Below are positions 52,417 to 63,810 of a DNA stretch of 64,000 nucleotides, piece after piece. Under the pieces are notes generated by a model. It saw only the letters and a list, made by a program, of their open reading frames with translations, was not told the DNA's origin and did no database searches. Every line of letters starts with the position of its first letter. Positions within the stretch are counted from its first letter, which is position 1. The DNA comes from Eubacteriales bacterium (lineage in GTDB: Bacteria; Bacillota; Clostridia; Oscillospirales; CAG-272): positions 8,599 to 72,598 of the forward strand of contig JAZODU010000069.1 in assembly GCA_045597145.1 (NCBI GenBank), given 5' to 3'. Both the position numbers and the translations under genes were made by a program.

Positions 52417-52425
52417 ACGTTACTT

Positions 52426-53091
52426 TTACTTTTTGCGATACGCGCTGTAGTATCCGTGTCTGACACGTGCGCGCTTGTTGCGCACCACGCCCAAAATGCG
52501 GCATCCACTCTTGCGGATCTGCTCCAGCACATCTTCAACCTGGCGGTATTTCAGCGTGTCGTCGCCAAGCACCACGACGCTTCCGTCACAATTCGGTGCG
52601 ATCACGGCGGCGTCAATAACCATGCCGAGCGGCGGCGTGTCAACGATCACGTAATCGTACATCTGCCGCACCTCGTCGAGCAGAGCCTTGAATGCGGGTG
52701 CGCTCAAAAGCTCCACGGGGTTGGGGGGATACGTGCCCGAGAACACCACGTGCAGAGGCTCGTTTTCGCTCTGCCACAGACACTCTTCAAGGGTTGCAAG
52801 TCCGCTGAGCACCTCGCTCAAGCCCTTCTGCGGCTTGGCGGTCGTATTCCGTCCTGCTATAACAGATTTGCGCATATCGGCATCGATCAGCAGCACGCGC
52901 TTGCCAAGCTCGGCAAAGCTTTTGGCGATCTGAATGGAAAGGGTGGTCTTACCCTCCTTTTCGCCGTATGCCGTGACCTCGATCACCTTGACGTCCCTGC
53001 CGCAGAACTGCAGATTCGTACGCAAGGATTTGATTGCCTCCTGCATCAAGAGGTTGTTATCTCCGGGGAGTTGAATCTTCATCGTATTCAT
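52426..53091 (-). CDS. CpsD/CapB-family tyrosine-protein kinase
   Basis: Walker A-like GEKEGKTT and LLIDADMRKS. Confidence 0.8.
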   Translation of the reverse strand: MNTMKIQLPGDNNLLMQEAIKSLRTNLQFCGRDVKVIEVTAYGEKEGKTTLSIQIAKSFAELGKRVLLIDADMRKSVIAGRNTTAKPQKGLSEVLSGLATLEECLWQSENEPLHVVFSGTYPPNPVELLSAPAFKALLDEVRQMYDYVIVDTPPLGMVIDAAVIAPNCDGSVVVLGDDTLKYRQVEDVLEQIRKSGCRILGVVRNKRARVRHGYYSAYRKK

Positions 53092-53858
53092 TTCATCTCC
53101 TCCTTCGTATTTGCTTTATCGTTGTTATGATAGTAATTTCCGTACTTTTTACCGATCTTATTCGCATCGGGAATATCGCCAAGAACGGCGACCCCCAATC
53201 TCTGCTCAAGCTCGGAAATTTCTCCGATATAATCGTTGCGCACGAACAGGAATACAAATATGATGTACAAAACGATCATAAGTCCCAGGCTGATCACAGC
53301 CATCAGAAGAGGACGCGGCTGATTGCACGGCGTTTTGATGATCTCGCCGGGCTGATAGAACTGTGCGTGATCCTCAAGGAGCACCTCTTTGATCTTTCTC
53401 TCGCCCACCTCGCAGATCTTATCCGCGATGCGTGCCGCCTTTTCGGGCGTATCGGCTCTTACCGTAACGCCAAGGTTCAGGCTCTCCTCCGCAAGCTCGG
53501 TCTTCATGCAGCTTTCCAGCTCGCGCCAGGTCATTTTCAGATCCAGCCCCTCTGCCTTCAGCTCCTCCAGCACGGTCTCCATCACGACTCTCTCGTGCAA
53601 AAGCTCCTCGCAATCCTTTGCGATCAGGTCTGCCACGACGTAGTTGTTGTCGTCGACGGTGCCGCCGTTGAGCGTATTCTGACGCAGAATAAACATTTTT
53701 GCCGTGGATTCATACTTCGGGACAAAGGTTAGGTGCGAAACGGCAAACATCAGGGCAAAGCTTGCAATGCCGACGATGAGCAGCACGTATAGGCGCTTTA
53801 CCATGACCTTCCACAAGGTCGCAGCCGTTATTTCGGTGTTTTTCTTTTCAACTTCCAT
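53088..53858 (-). CDS. Wzz/CpsC-type chain-length determinant (kinase modulator)
   Basis: Two TM segments flank a coiled periplasmic-type domain. It has a 4-nt overlap with the kinase gene. Confidence 0.7.
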   Translation of the reverse strand: MEVEKKNTEITAATLWKVMVKRLYVLLIVGIASFALMFAVSHLTFVPKYESTAKMFILRQNTLNGGTVDDNNYVVADLIAKDCEELLHERVVMETVLEELKAEGLDLKMTWRELESCMKTELAEESLNLGVTVRADTPEKAARIADKICEVGERKIKEVLLEDHAQFYQPGEIIKTPCNQPRPLLMAVISLGLMIVLYIIFVFLFVRNDYIGEISELEQRLGVAVLGDIPDANKIGKKYGNYYHNNDKANTKEEMK

Positions 53859-53989
53859 AAGAACGCTCCTATTCCAAAATATTCTCTATCTATTATATTA
53901 TATTAATCGCCTTTTGTCAATAGATTTTGCTCTTTTTGCAAAATTTATTGTCAAAATACCCAAGAACGCGCCCCTCTTTTTTGCAAAAA

Positions 53990-55306
53990 TCACGAACGTC
54001 TTTCCCTCGCGCGGCACGCGCACAGCGTCTGCTCCTTGATCTCACGGCGGCTCATCAGCAAAACAACCAGATTGAGCGTCGTCATACACGTGATGGCAAA
54101 ATCGGCGATCTCCCATGCAGCCGACGGCATCCGACAGGCACCGACGAGGATACAAACGGAAAACATCGCGATATAGCTCCACCGCCACCGTGCCCGTGCC
54201 GTGAGAAATCGCAGGCTCTCCAAGCCGTACGCACCCCAGCAGATCAGCGTTGCAAATCCAAAGCAAAAAACAGCCGCCGCCATAAAATACGCCGCGCCGC
54301 CGCCAAGCACCGCCGCATAGGCGTTGACGGTCGCCATCACGCCCTCGCCGCCACTCTCTCCCAACAAGACCACAAGTGCCGTCAGCGTGCACAAAAGGAT
54401 CGTGTCCACGAACACCTCGCAGATCCCCCAAACGCCCTGCGCGGGCGCATTTTGTACGTTCGCCTCCGCGTGCGCGGTGGGCGCGGTACCGCACCCCGCC
54501 TCGTTGGAAAGAAGCCCCCGCATGGTTCCCACGCGCAGCGCGCGGCAGGTCAGAAACCCGAGGACACCGCCTGCGGCACTCTCAAACGAAAACGCCTCCT
54601 GCAGGATCGCCGCCATCGCGCTCTCCAATCCGTCGCGGCGCAGGATCAGCACCGCCGCCGACAGGATCACGTATCCCGCCGTCATGATCGGCACGAGGTA
54701 CTCGGTCAAGGCAGACACGCCGCGGCTTCCCTTGATCAGAAGCGGCAGCACGAGCAAGAGCAGCAACGCGCCGCAGACCCACGGCGGGATCCCGAACACC
54801 GCCGTCATGGATTCGCTCACCGCCCCCACCTGGATCACACACCCCATGCTCATCGCGTTGACGATCATCAGCCCGGCAAAGACCACGGGCAAAATTTTCG
54901 CCGCGCGCATATGCCGCCGCTGTGCCAGCACGTCACCGATATAATAGACCGCGCCGCCGAAAAAGCCGTCCTTCCCCACTCTGCGGTGGCAGACAGCCAA
55001 AAGGATCTCGGCGTATTTGAGGATCATGGCAAGGCATGCGGACACCCACATCCAGAACACCGCACCCGCGCCGCCGACAGCGATCGCGTTGGCAACACCG
55101 ACGATGTTCCCCACCCCAAGCGTCCCCGCCAGTGCCTGCATCAACGCGCGAAAGGGCGACACGCCGCCCGTGCGCGGCGCACGCAGGGCACGCCACATCA
55201 TACGCGGTGAACGAAAGGGATATCCTCGCAAGAAGATCAGAAAAAATACGCCGCAAAGCATCAGCGCTGCGGGGATCAAGCCCCCCGTCAAAAGCCATTT
55301 CAGCAT
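53990..55306 (-). CDS. alanine/glycine:cation symporter (AGCS family)
   Basis: FRALMQALAGTLGVGNIVGVANAI block. GGGAGGTG RBS before ATG 55306. The track ORF extends to 55471. Confidence 0.85.
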   Translation of the reverse strand: MLKWLLTGGLIPAALMLCGVFFLIFLRGYPFRSPRMMWRALRAPRTGGVSPFRALMQALAGTLGVGNIVGVANAIAVGGAGAVFWMWVSACLAMILKYAEILLAVCHRRVGKDGFFGGAVYYIGDVLAQRRHMRAAKILPVVFAGLMIVNAMSMGCVIQVGAVSESMTAVFGIPPWVCGALLLLLVLPLLIKGSRGVSALTEYLVPIMTAGYVILSAAVLILRRDGLESAMAAILQEAFSFESAAGGVLGFLTCRALRVGTMRGLLSNEAGCGTAPTAHAEANVQNAPAQGVWGICEVFVDTILLCTLTALVVLLGESGGEGVMATVNAYAAVLGGGAAYFMAAAVFCFGFATLICWGAYGLESLRFLTARARWRWSYIAMFSVCILVGACRMPSAAWEIADFAITCMTTLNLVVLLMSRREIKEQTLCACRARERRS

Positions 55307-55444
55307 CCTACACCTCCCGTCCGTTTGCTTCATTATTATGCCGCACGATGAGCGGATATGTGCCCCCAAAAGCCTTAAAGATACCGCCTTTACCCGCAAA
55401 AGCAATAAAATTGTTAAAAGAGTGTGAATAATAGAGCAAAACAC

Positions 55445-55472
55445 TTGATTTTTCCAAAAATCGGTATACAAT
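55445..55472 (+). promoter_or_regulatory. sigma-A-type promoter of groESL
   Basis: TTGATT, 16-nt spacer, TACAAT. Confidence 0.6.
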
Positions 55473-55483
55473 AAGAGCGTGCG

Positions 55484-55510
55484 TTAGCACTCCAACACTC
55501 TGAGTGCTAA
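55484..55510 (+). promoter_or_regulatory. CIRCE operator (HrcA binding site)
   Basis: TTAGCACTC-N9-GAGTGCTAA, a perfect match to the consensus. Confidence 0.95.
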
Positions 55511-55558
55511 CCGACCGATTCAAACAATTCAGGAACATAATATAGGAGGAATCTGAAC

Positions 55559-55846
55559 ATGAATATCAAACCGCTTTCCGACCGCGTTGTGGTCAAGCTC
55601 GTGGAAGCAGAGGAAAAGACCAAGGCAGGCATTCTGCTTGCGGCATCCGCGCAGGAAAAGCCCCAGGTAGCAGAGGTCGTGGCTGTCGGCCCCGGCGCAC
55701 GCGATGACAACGGCAAGCTGATCCCCATGGAGGTCAAGGTCGGCGACCGCGTGATCACGGGTAAGTACTCCGGCACCGAGGTCAAGATGGACGGCACCGA
55801 ATACACCATCGTCAAGCAGAGCGACATTCTCGCAATCGTAGAATAA
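55559..55846 (+). CDS. groES: co-chaperonin GroES
   Basis: [13 protein letters not shown]...ILAIVE. Confidence 0.95.
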   Translation: MNIKPLSDRVVVKLVEAEEKTKAGILLAASAQEKPQVAEVVAVGPGARDDNGKLIPMEVKVGDRVITGKYSGTEVKMDGTEYTIVKQSDILAIVE

Positions 55847-55861
55847 TTGAAATCGAGGTAA

Positions 55862-57499
<1,638 letters not shown>

Positions 57500-57514
57500 T
57501 CGAAACCAACATTT

Positions 57515-57545
57515 GGGGAAGCTCTTTGACGAGCTTCCCCATTTT
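57515..57545 (+). terminator. intrinsic terminator of groESL
   Basis: GGGGAAGCTC-TTTGAC-GAGCTTCCCC followed by ATTTTC. Confidence 0.7.
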
Positions 57546-57553
57546 CAATATAC

Positions 57554-57590
57554 AAAAAATAAGCGGAGTGCTATGCGCTCCGCTTATTTG
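57554..57590. terminator. second, bidirectional hairpin terminator
   Basis: ATAAGCGGAG...CTCCGCTTAT, flanked by A-run and T-run, 2 nt from the stop of the convergent 1171-aa gene. Confidence 0.65.
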
Positions 57591-57591
57591 C

Positions 57592-60500
57592 TTATTCTTC
57601 TTGCTTTTCTTGTTGTTCGTCTGTTTCATCTGCATCGGAGCGTTCCGCCGCTTGCGTGCCAAGCAGCTCCTCTACAGGCGTTTCCGTCGGTTCTGCCACG
57701 ATCGTTGCCACGCCCTTTACACGGCGGCGTGCACGGCGACGCAGAACCCGCCACGTGATCAAGCCTCCGACGATCAGAACGACCGCAAGCAGGAAGATCG
57801 GCAGATAGACCTCAAGCAGCATATTGTTGTTGTGTCCCGTGGAGTAATCCACGTTCTGCTTTGCTCGCGCAAAGGACGCGTGGAACACAAGCACGCGCGC
57901 ATCACCCGTGGCAATGGCGGGAACCTCTCCCCAGCCCGTAAAGGTGAAGCTGTAGCCGTCCTTCGCGGGAAGCGTGGGAACGTCGGGCAGAAGGATCTCC
58001 TCGCCGATGAGATATTCGGTGCTGTGCCAGATCTCGCCCTCCACGATAAAGGTCACGCTGTATCGGATCTGAGCGACCTCCAGCGTCACGCTGACGGGCT
58101 CGTTCGGCATCACGAAGGTCAATTCCTCGCTCACCTCAACCGCCGTTCCGTCTGCCAGCAAAACCGTAGCACCCACGACCTCGTAGCCCCACTGACAGCG
58201 GATCCTCAGGGAAACGGTTTCTCCCTTTGCAACGCTTGAAGCCAGTGCGCTCATGTCGCACAGCGAGTTGGGCGTGATGTTCAGCGCATACGTGTGCACC
58301 TCGATGATCTCGGCAGAGCCCGTAAGAGTTGCGCTCTCACCCTCCACTCTGACCGTTCCTTGTGCGGTTTTGAGGTAGTACACGGACTCGTATTCGCCGG
58401 CCTCACGTTGCGGAAGCGTAAGCGTCACACCCGTTCCCACCGTTTCCAGAGAATTCCAAACGGCGTCGCAAAAGCGCAGTCTGTAGCACGCGGTATTGCC
58501 GTCGGTCGTGCACTCCAAAATAATACGCTGACACGTGGAATCCAGGAACGCCTCGAGCTGTTCGGTGTCAAAGCACAGCGAAACGCCGCTCTCCCACGCG
58601 ACCGTCAGGCTCTTTTGTGCATCTTTGGCATACTGTGCCGCATTCAGGATATTCAAGGAATCCTGCGTTGCCAGCACCGAGATCTCATTCTCGCCGTGCA
58701 CAATATCCATAGGGGTATTGGAGCCGCCCGTTACCAAGCGCGTGCTCTCGTAATACGCACGATAGGTCACGTCACCCGTGATCGCACCAACGGGTCCCGT
58801 CCAGCTCTTGAAGGTATACACGTTTGCATCGGGTGCGCGGTCGGTACTGCCCGAAAAGGTCGGCGTGGACAGTGCAGGCCATTGCTCAACGACCACACGG
58901 TCACCGTAAAGGATCCACATCACGGTATAGGTGCGCAGGGTCTTGAGCATCTCGCCGCGGTAGGTCGCGTCCCCCGTCACAGCCACGGGCATCGTATCCC
59001 AACCCGAGAAGGTGTAGGCGTAATGCCCCTGCACGTAGTCCGAAAGCGACCACTTGGAGGGGGGCTTGGGAATACTTCCGTAAGGAAGCGTGATCACCTC
59101 GACCGATTCTCCCAAATACCACGTGATGTCGTAATAGCGAAGGAGCTTTGAGTAGGAGGGAATCATGGAAAGGTCTTCGGTGATGCTTGTCAGATTCACG
59201 ACGCTGCCGTCCACAGCGACCCACCCCTGCGGCACGAAGGTATACTGCGCGGTCGCCTCCATCTCTGGGACGGGATAGTTGACGCTGTCGCCGTAATCAA
59301 CGAGGACGCGGTGAAGCAGATTGCCGTTCAGGTCGTAAAAGGAAACCGTTTTCATGTTGCGGATCGACACCAAGCGCTCGGTGCTCGTATCAAAGCGCAG
59401 CGTGACCGGCAGGATCGCTCCCGTAAATGCCGTCAGCGTTCCCTGCTCGATCTCCTCGATCAACGCCGTCGTCACGTCGTCAAACACGGGAGCCGTGGGA
59501 CGCACACCGGGGTGCGCGGTCTCAGCGGGGATCTGATTGCCAAAGGGGTTCTGCGGCTCGGCGGGCACCTCCCCGGGATCGGGCACCGCGGACGTGGGGG
59601 ACGTGGGCTTTTTCGCGGGCTGGGGGAACGTAGGCGGATCGACGGGCGCGACGTATTCCACGGGCGCGACGTATTCCGCAGGCATGTTGCAGGTCGAGGG
59701 ATCCCAGTTGCCGTCGGGCAACAGATGAATGGACTCAACGACGGTCGACAGCTTTTTGTCCGAGATCGTCCAATCCGGGTTTCTCGCGCCGCCCTGGTCA
59801 AGGCAAGTGGTGATCACGTAAAGCTGACCCACGAATTGCAGGTAGTGGTCGAGCTTTTCCGGGTACGTCTCCATAATATAGAGCTTTACAACGGTGTTCT
59901 GGAACAGGGCGTTGAGCGTTTTGTAAAGATCCTCAAAATGCTTGCCAAGCGCCTTGTAGTTGGTTTTGTAGTAGTTAAACATTGCCGCCGTGCGGTCGTG
60001 CTCGTTCGCGTAGGTCGCGGAACGGATCTGTGCATACTTTGGCAGCAACTTACGCAGTGCCACCGTTGCGTCACCGGCCAGACGTATATCATTGGGATTG
60101 TTTCCCGAAGCGACCAGCGCATCCTCATTCTCCAGCACCAGATCAACCGATCCACCCATGATCGAGCCGTACAGCTGCCAGCCGTGGCTGTCGGACACAA
60201 AGAGAGATTCCAGAAGGCGCAGCATCTCGGTCACAGGCTCAAGCTGTGCCAGATAGGTCTTGTATTTATTGTAATCCTCGAGATGATTGGTTGCAAAATC
60301 GATGTACGCAAAGTAATCCTGCCATTGCTCGTACAAGGCAAGCTCCGCCTCGTACGCATCGCACGCGTCACAGTACGCATCGTACGCCTCCTTGGCGACC
60401 TCGTATGCGGCGTATTCGGTTTCCCATGCACCGTAAACGTCCCGCAGCCACGTGCTGTACGCCACCCAATCCTCGTGATCGGAAAGCTGCTGCTCGTATG

Positions 60501-61107
60501 CCGCCAGTGTCTCCTCAAACGCGCGCTTGATCTGCAGGGCTTCATCGCCCGCCTCAAAGGCGGAAGTGCGCATTTCGCGGATCACCTCTGCGGGGATCTC
60601 GATCTCCCACACGTAATCCACGCACATATCGAAATCCTCGGAATAAAAGAGGTTCTCCAAGCGACAGGTATAAACGCCGTTCTCCTCCACCAGCATCGGC
60701 GCAGCGTCTCCCACCGTTGCGCGCGTGGGAATCCACGTCACGCTGGCACCGTTTGCCGCCACGTAGGTATAGGGCAGGATCTCGATCGTCAGAACGCCCG
60801 CGTCGCCGTCGTAGGCAGTGCTGATGCGATTGTCGGGCACCAGCGAATTATACGTCATGGTAAATCCCGCGCGCTCCAGATACCGCGCCTCGGCGTCGGT
60901 GGGGGCTGTACCGAACAGCCGCTCGTAAAGTGCCGTGGCAGAAAGCGTATTGTTATCCTCGCGGTTTGCGATGCCGTAGTCCAAGGACGGCAAGGTCGCC
61001 TCCCCGTCCGCTTGCGCCGCGGCGGGAAGTGCCGTGCCGAGCAGCATCAGAAGGCTGAGCAAAAGCGTCAGTGCCGCCGTACCGAAATATGTAAAACGAT
61101 GCTTCAT
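57592..61107 (-). CDS. large secreted, C-terminally membrane-anchored surface protein with InlB-type B-repeats
   Basis: Signal peptide MKHRFTYFGTAALTLLLSLLMLLGTALPAAAQA. Repeated Y.F.GW motifs (YTFSGWD, YTFKSWTG, FTFTGWGE). C-terminal TM followed by an RRRARRR stop-transfer and an acidic tail. Confidence 0.7.
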   Translation of the reverse strand: MKHRFTYFGTAALTLLLSLLMLLGTALPAAAQADGEATLPSLDYGIANREDNNTLSATALYERLFGTAPTDAEARYLERAGFTMTYNSLVPDNRISTAYDGDAGVLTIEILPYTYVAANGASVTWIPTRATVGDAAPMLVEENGVYTCRLENLFYSEDFDMCVDYVWEIEIPAEVIREMRTSAFEAGDEALQIKRAFEETLAAYEQQLSDHEDWVAYSTWLRDVYGAWETEYAAYEVAKEAYDAYCDACDAYEAELALYEQWQDYFAYIDFATNHLEDYNKYKTYLAQLEPVTEMLRLLESLFVSDSHGWQLYGSIMGGSVDLVLENEDALVASGNNPNDIRLAGDATVALRKLLPKYAQIRSATYANEHDRTAAMFNYYKTNYKALGKHFEDLYKTLNALFQNTVVKLYIMETYPEKLDHYLQFVGQLYVITTCLDQGGARNPDWTISDKKLSTVVESIHLLPDGNWDPSTCNMPAEYVAPVEYVAPVDPPTFPQPAKKPTSPTSAVPDPGEVPAEPQNPFGNQIPAETAHPGVRPTAPVFDDVTTALIEEIEQGTLTAFTGAILPVTLRFDTSTERLVSIRNMKTVSFYDLNGNLLHRVLVDYGDSVNYPVPEMEATAQYTFVPQGWVAVDGSVVNLTSITEDLSMIPSYSKLLRYYDITWYLGESVEVITLPYGSIPKPPSKWSLSDYVQGHYAYTFSGWDTMPVAVTGDATYRGEMLKTLRTYTVMWILYGDRVVVEQWPALSTPTFSGSTDRAPDANVYTFKSWTGPVGAITGDVTYRAYYESTRLVTGGSNTPMDIVHGENEISVLATQDSLNILNAAQYAKDAQKSLTVAWESGVSLCFDTEQLEAFLDSTCQRIILECTTDGNTACYRLRFCDAVWNSLETVGTGVTLTLPQREAGEYESVYYLKTAQGTVRVEGESATLTGSAEIIEVHTYALNITPNSLCDMSALASSVAKGETVSLRIRCQWGYEVVGATVLLADGTAVEVSEELTFVMPNEPVSVTLEVAQIRYSVTFIVEGEIWHSTEYLIGEEILLPDVPTLPAKDGYSFTFTGWGEVPAIATGDARVLVFHASFARAKQNVDYSTGHNNNMLLEVYLPIFLLAVVLIVGGLITWRVLRRRARRRVKGVATIVAEPTETPVEELLGTQAAERSDADETDEQQEKQEE

Positions 61108-61210
61108 GACCGTACCTCTCGAATGAAAATGTAATCTTTATTATCATACCACAAATTCCCCGAAAAGTCAAGCATTTGCGACAAAAGGAAGATGTTCCCT
61201 GCCATATAAA

Positions 61211-61240
61211 AGGACCGCGCGTGCTTGGCACGCGCGGTCC
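61211..61240 (-). terminator. intrinsic terminator of spoIIR (bidirectional)
   Basis: AGGACCGCGCGTGC-TTGG(CA)-CGCGCGGTCCT, flanked by A/T runs. Confidence 0.7.
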
Positions 61241-61244
61241 TTTT

Positions 61245-61856
61245 TCAAAACAGCCCCTCGATCAGCTCCAAAAGCTTGAATCGCACCTTGTAAACGGGCT
61301 TGTCGCTTTCGGTGATGATCTTGTACTGCGAGGGGGTCAGCCCCACGGAGATACACTCCTTCTCCGCCTCCTTTTGGCTCACGCTCGCCGCCCCCAGACA
61401 CAGGCGCGGAAACAGACAGCACCACCAATTCTGCCCCTCAGCCTCGCCGATGCAGACGCGCAGGGAGACGTACGTGCCTGCGGGGAAGCAAAAGCTGTCG
61501 TAGTCGCGCTGTGGGTATTCCTCCTCGCCAAGCGTGATCGTCACGGGATACGCATACCCCTCCTCGTCAATCACACGCTCTGCCGCCGCTTGCAATACGC
61601 CCAGATTGGCGTTGAGTGCCTTTACAGCGTCGGCTTGCGTTTTGCAGTCCTCCACGAGAGGGGCTGCCGCCTCCAGTACCGCGTCACGCACCTTGAGCTT
61701 GAGTGCCTGATCCTCCTCGCTGTCCGAGTTGGCAAGCACGTGCAAGCGCACCACCGTGTCGTAGATCTCACTCTCGCCGTGTACGGGCAACAGCCCCACG
61801 GTCAAGAGCACCGCGCACAGCACGAAAAACGCGATAAGTAACTTCTTATATGACAT
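61245..61856 (-). CDS. spoIIR: stage II sporulation protein R
   Basis: VVRLHVLANSDSEEDQALKLKVRD signature. GGAGG RBS before ATG 61856. Confidence 0.85.
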   Translation of the reverse strand: MSYKKLLIAFFVLCAVLLTVGLLPVHGESEIYDTVVRLHVLANSDSEEDQALKLKVRDAVLEAAAPLVEDCKTQADAVKALNANLGVLQAAAERVIDEEGYAYPVTITLGEEEYPQRDYDSFCFPAGTYVSLRVCIGEAEGQNWWCCLFPRLCLGAASVSQKEAEKECISVGLTPSQYKIITESDKPVYKVRFKLLELIEGLF

Positions 61857-61936
61857 CACAAAAACCTCCTTTTCGGTCATATGTTAGCATGATTTCCCGA
61901 AAAGGAGGCTCTTTATTCGCATTTTTCAAAAATTTC

Positions 61937-62932
61937 TTACGGAAGCTCGATCGCACCGATGATCGTAGTCATCGCCTGCCCGATATCAGCGGCAAGCACC
62001 GTACAACCCGCCGCCTTTGCGTGTCCTCCGCCGTCAAACTGTCGGCAAAGCTCGGACACGTCGTAGCTGGAGGACGAGCGCGCAGACACGCGGAAGCGTC
62101 CCTCCGCCGCCGGCTGGCGAATACAGATCGCCACCTCAACGCCCTCCAGGGAGCGCGCCACGTCGATCAGGGTTTCCAGATGCTCGTCGGAAAGCCCGAG
62201 TGCCGCCTTGAGCGCATACGGGAAGGTGATGATGGCAAGTCTGCCGTCGGCAAACAACTGAAGATTGGAGATGCCCGCCGCCTCGGCGCGCAGCTGCTCC
62301 ATGCTCTTGCTGTCGTACAAGCGGTGGTTGATCTCTGCGCTGTCAATGCCGCTGACCAGAAGCTCCGCCGCGCGCATATGCGTTTTGGAGGTAGCATTGG
62401 AGAAGCGGAAGCAGCCCGTATCTCCGCTGATCGCGGCGTACAGATCGACGCAAAGCGCATCGGTGATGTGTAAGCGTCCCTCGCTCGCCAGAACCTTGAC
62501 CAGATCAAAAATGATCTCGCCCGTTGCGGCGGCGTTCGGACGAATGTAACAATAGGAAGCGTAAAGATCGCCGCTGGCGTGGTGGTCGATCATCAGGTCG
62601 ATTTGCCCCTCGTACATTTCGTACAAGCGGTCAAGCTGGGACGCCGACGCGCTGTCCACGCTGACGATGCGCGCGACCTGAAAATCTGCGGGGATCGCCT
62701 CGGGAAGCACGCTTTCCTGCTCTCCGTGCATCAAAAAGCGCAGGCGTGCGGGCACCTCACCTGCGCACACGCAAAACGCACGCGAGCCAAGCTCTTCCAG
62801 GACGCGCTTGAGTGCGAACGCCGAGCCAACCGCGTCGGCGTCGGGTCCCCGATGAAAGAGCACCAGCGTGTCCATGGGCTCCTCGATATGCGCAACGATC
62901 TCTTCAAAGGCTATTTCGATATGCTCGCTCAT
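61937..62932 (-). CDS. nrnA: DHH-family phosphoesterase (NrnA-type oligoribonuclease/pAp phosphatase)
   Basis: DADAVGS, DHH (MIDHHASG) and GGGH (FDGGGHAKAAG) motifs. Confidence 0.8.
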   Translation of the reverse strand: MSEHIEIAFEEIVAHIEEPMDTLVLFHRGPDADAVGSAFALKRVLEELGSRAFCVCAGEVPARLRFLMHGEQESVLPEAIPADFQVARIVSVDSASASQLDRLYEMYEGQIDLMIDHHASGDLYASYCYIRPNAAATGEIIFDLVKVLASEGRLHITDALCVDLYAAISGDTGCFRFSNATSKTHMRAAELLVSGIDSAEINHRLYDSKSMEQLRAEAAGISNLQLFADGRLAIITFPYALKAALGLSDEHLETLIDVARSLEGVEVAICIRQPAAEGRFRVSARSSSSYDVSELCRQFDGGGHAKAAGCTVLAADIGQAMTTIIGAIELP

Positions 62933-63300
62933 GCGTCCTCCCCGTCTGCTTCTTCCTCTGGTTGAATGTCCAGCTTGTTGAGGATCGACGCAATGTGCGC
63001 GCCGTACGCCACCGAGCTGTCGGGAATAAAGGTCAATTCGGGCGTCATGCGCAGATTCAGCGAGCCTGCCAGCTCGCGGCGGATAAAGCCTGCCGCCGCC
63101 TTAAGCCCCTTGGCAATTTCCTTTTCGTCCCCGCCCATTGCGGAATAATAGATCTTCGCGTATTTCAGATCCGCCGTGCAATCCGCCGCCGTGATACTGA
63201 TAAACGCATCGCACACGCGGGGATCCTTCACCCGTCGCAGGATCTGCGTCAGCTCCTTTTGCATCTCCTCGTTGATTCTGCCGCGTCTGTATTTTGCCAT
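62929..63300 (-). CDS. rbfA: ribosome-binding factor A
   Basis: RINEEMQKELTQILRR.KDPRV N-terminal pattern. It has a 4-nt overlap with nrnA. Confidence 0.85.
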   Translation of the reverse strand: MAKYRRGRINEEMQKELTQILRRVKDPRVCDAFISITAADCTADLKYAKIYYSAMGGDEKEIAKGLKAAAGFIRRELAGSLNLRMTPELTFIPDSSVAYGAHIASILNKLDIQPEEEADGEDA

Positions 63301-63330
63301 ACTCTCTCCTCTTCTTTCTCTCTGCGGATA

Positions 63331-63360
63331 AGAAAACGGCTCCCACGCTTTGGGAAGCCG
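63331..63360 (-). terminator. intrinsic terminator (imperfect stem)
   Basis: CGGCTCCC...GGGAAGCCG, followed on the minus strand by TTTTCT. Confidence 0.5.
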
Positions 63361-63374
63361 CTTTCAGATGTAAA

Positions 63375-63629
63375 TCAGTTTGCTTCTTCTTCCATGTCAG
63401 CCGCGTTGGCGATCACAGCCTCGGCAGGTGCTTCAAAGGTTTCGGTTTCCTCTGCAGCTTCTTCCTCGGCACCCTCGATCTCAAGGATCTCCTCAGCCTC
63501 AGCCAGTGCTTCCTTCTTTTTCTTGATGAACTTCTGGTAGACCTTTGCGGCAACAAGGCAAAGACCTGCTACTGCCAAAACAATACCGATCACGCGCCAA
63601 ACAATACCGCTCTTCTTTTCGTTTTCCAT
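63375..63629 (-). CDS. small single-pass membrane protein with an acidic E/A-rich tail
   Basis: 84 aa from MENEKKSGIVWRVIGIVLAVAGLCLVAAKVY, then KKKKEALAEAEEILEIEGAEEEAAEETE. GGAGG RBS. Confidence 0.6.
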   Translation of the reverse strand: MENEKKSGIVWRVIGIVLAVAGLCLVAAKVYQKFIKKKKEALAEAEEILEIEGAEEEAAEETETFEAPAEAVIANAADMEEEAN

Positions 63630-63810
63630 GTTTTCCTCCGTTTCTGTGGCACAGTGCCACAATGAAGCATATATTCATTCATAGTATATCATGTTTTTTG
63701 AAAAAATCAAGTGGTTCTCAAAAATTTTTTCGTTTTTTTCAAAAATCTATTCCCTTTTATACGAAAGCATGATAAAATAATAGCAGAAACAACGGAAGGA
63801 GGGAGAGCGC

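Noticed and set aside
55307-55440. Glycine riboswitch upstream of the alanine/glycine symporter
   Set aside because: I read the minus-strand leader. It lacks the conserved GGAGAG...CACCG...CTCTGGAGAG-type cores, so no riboswitch is called.
59311-61134. 607-aa plus-strand ORF (and 58294-59151)
   Set aside because: Both are antisense to the 1171-aa surface-protein gene. They have arginine/glycine-rich junk composition, and no RBS.
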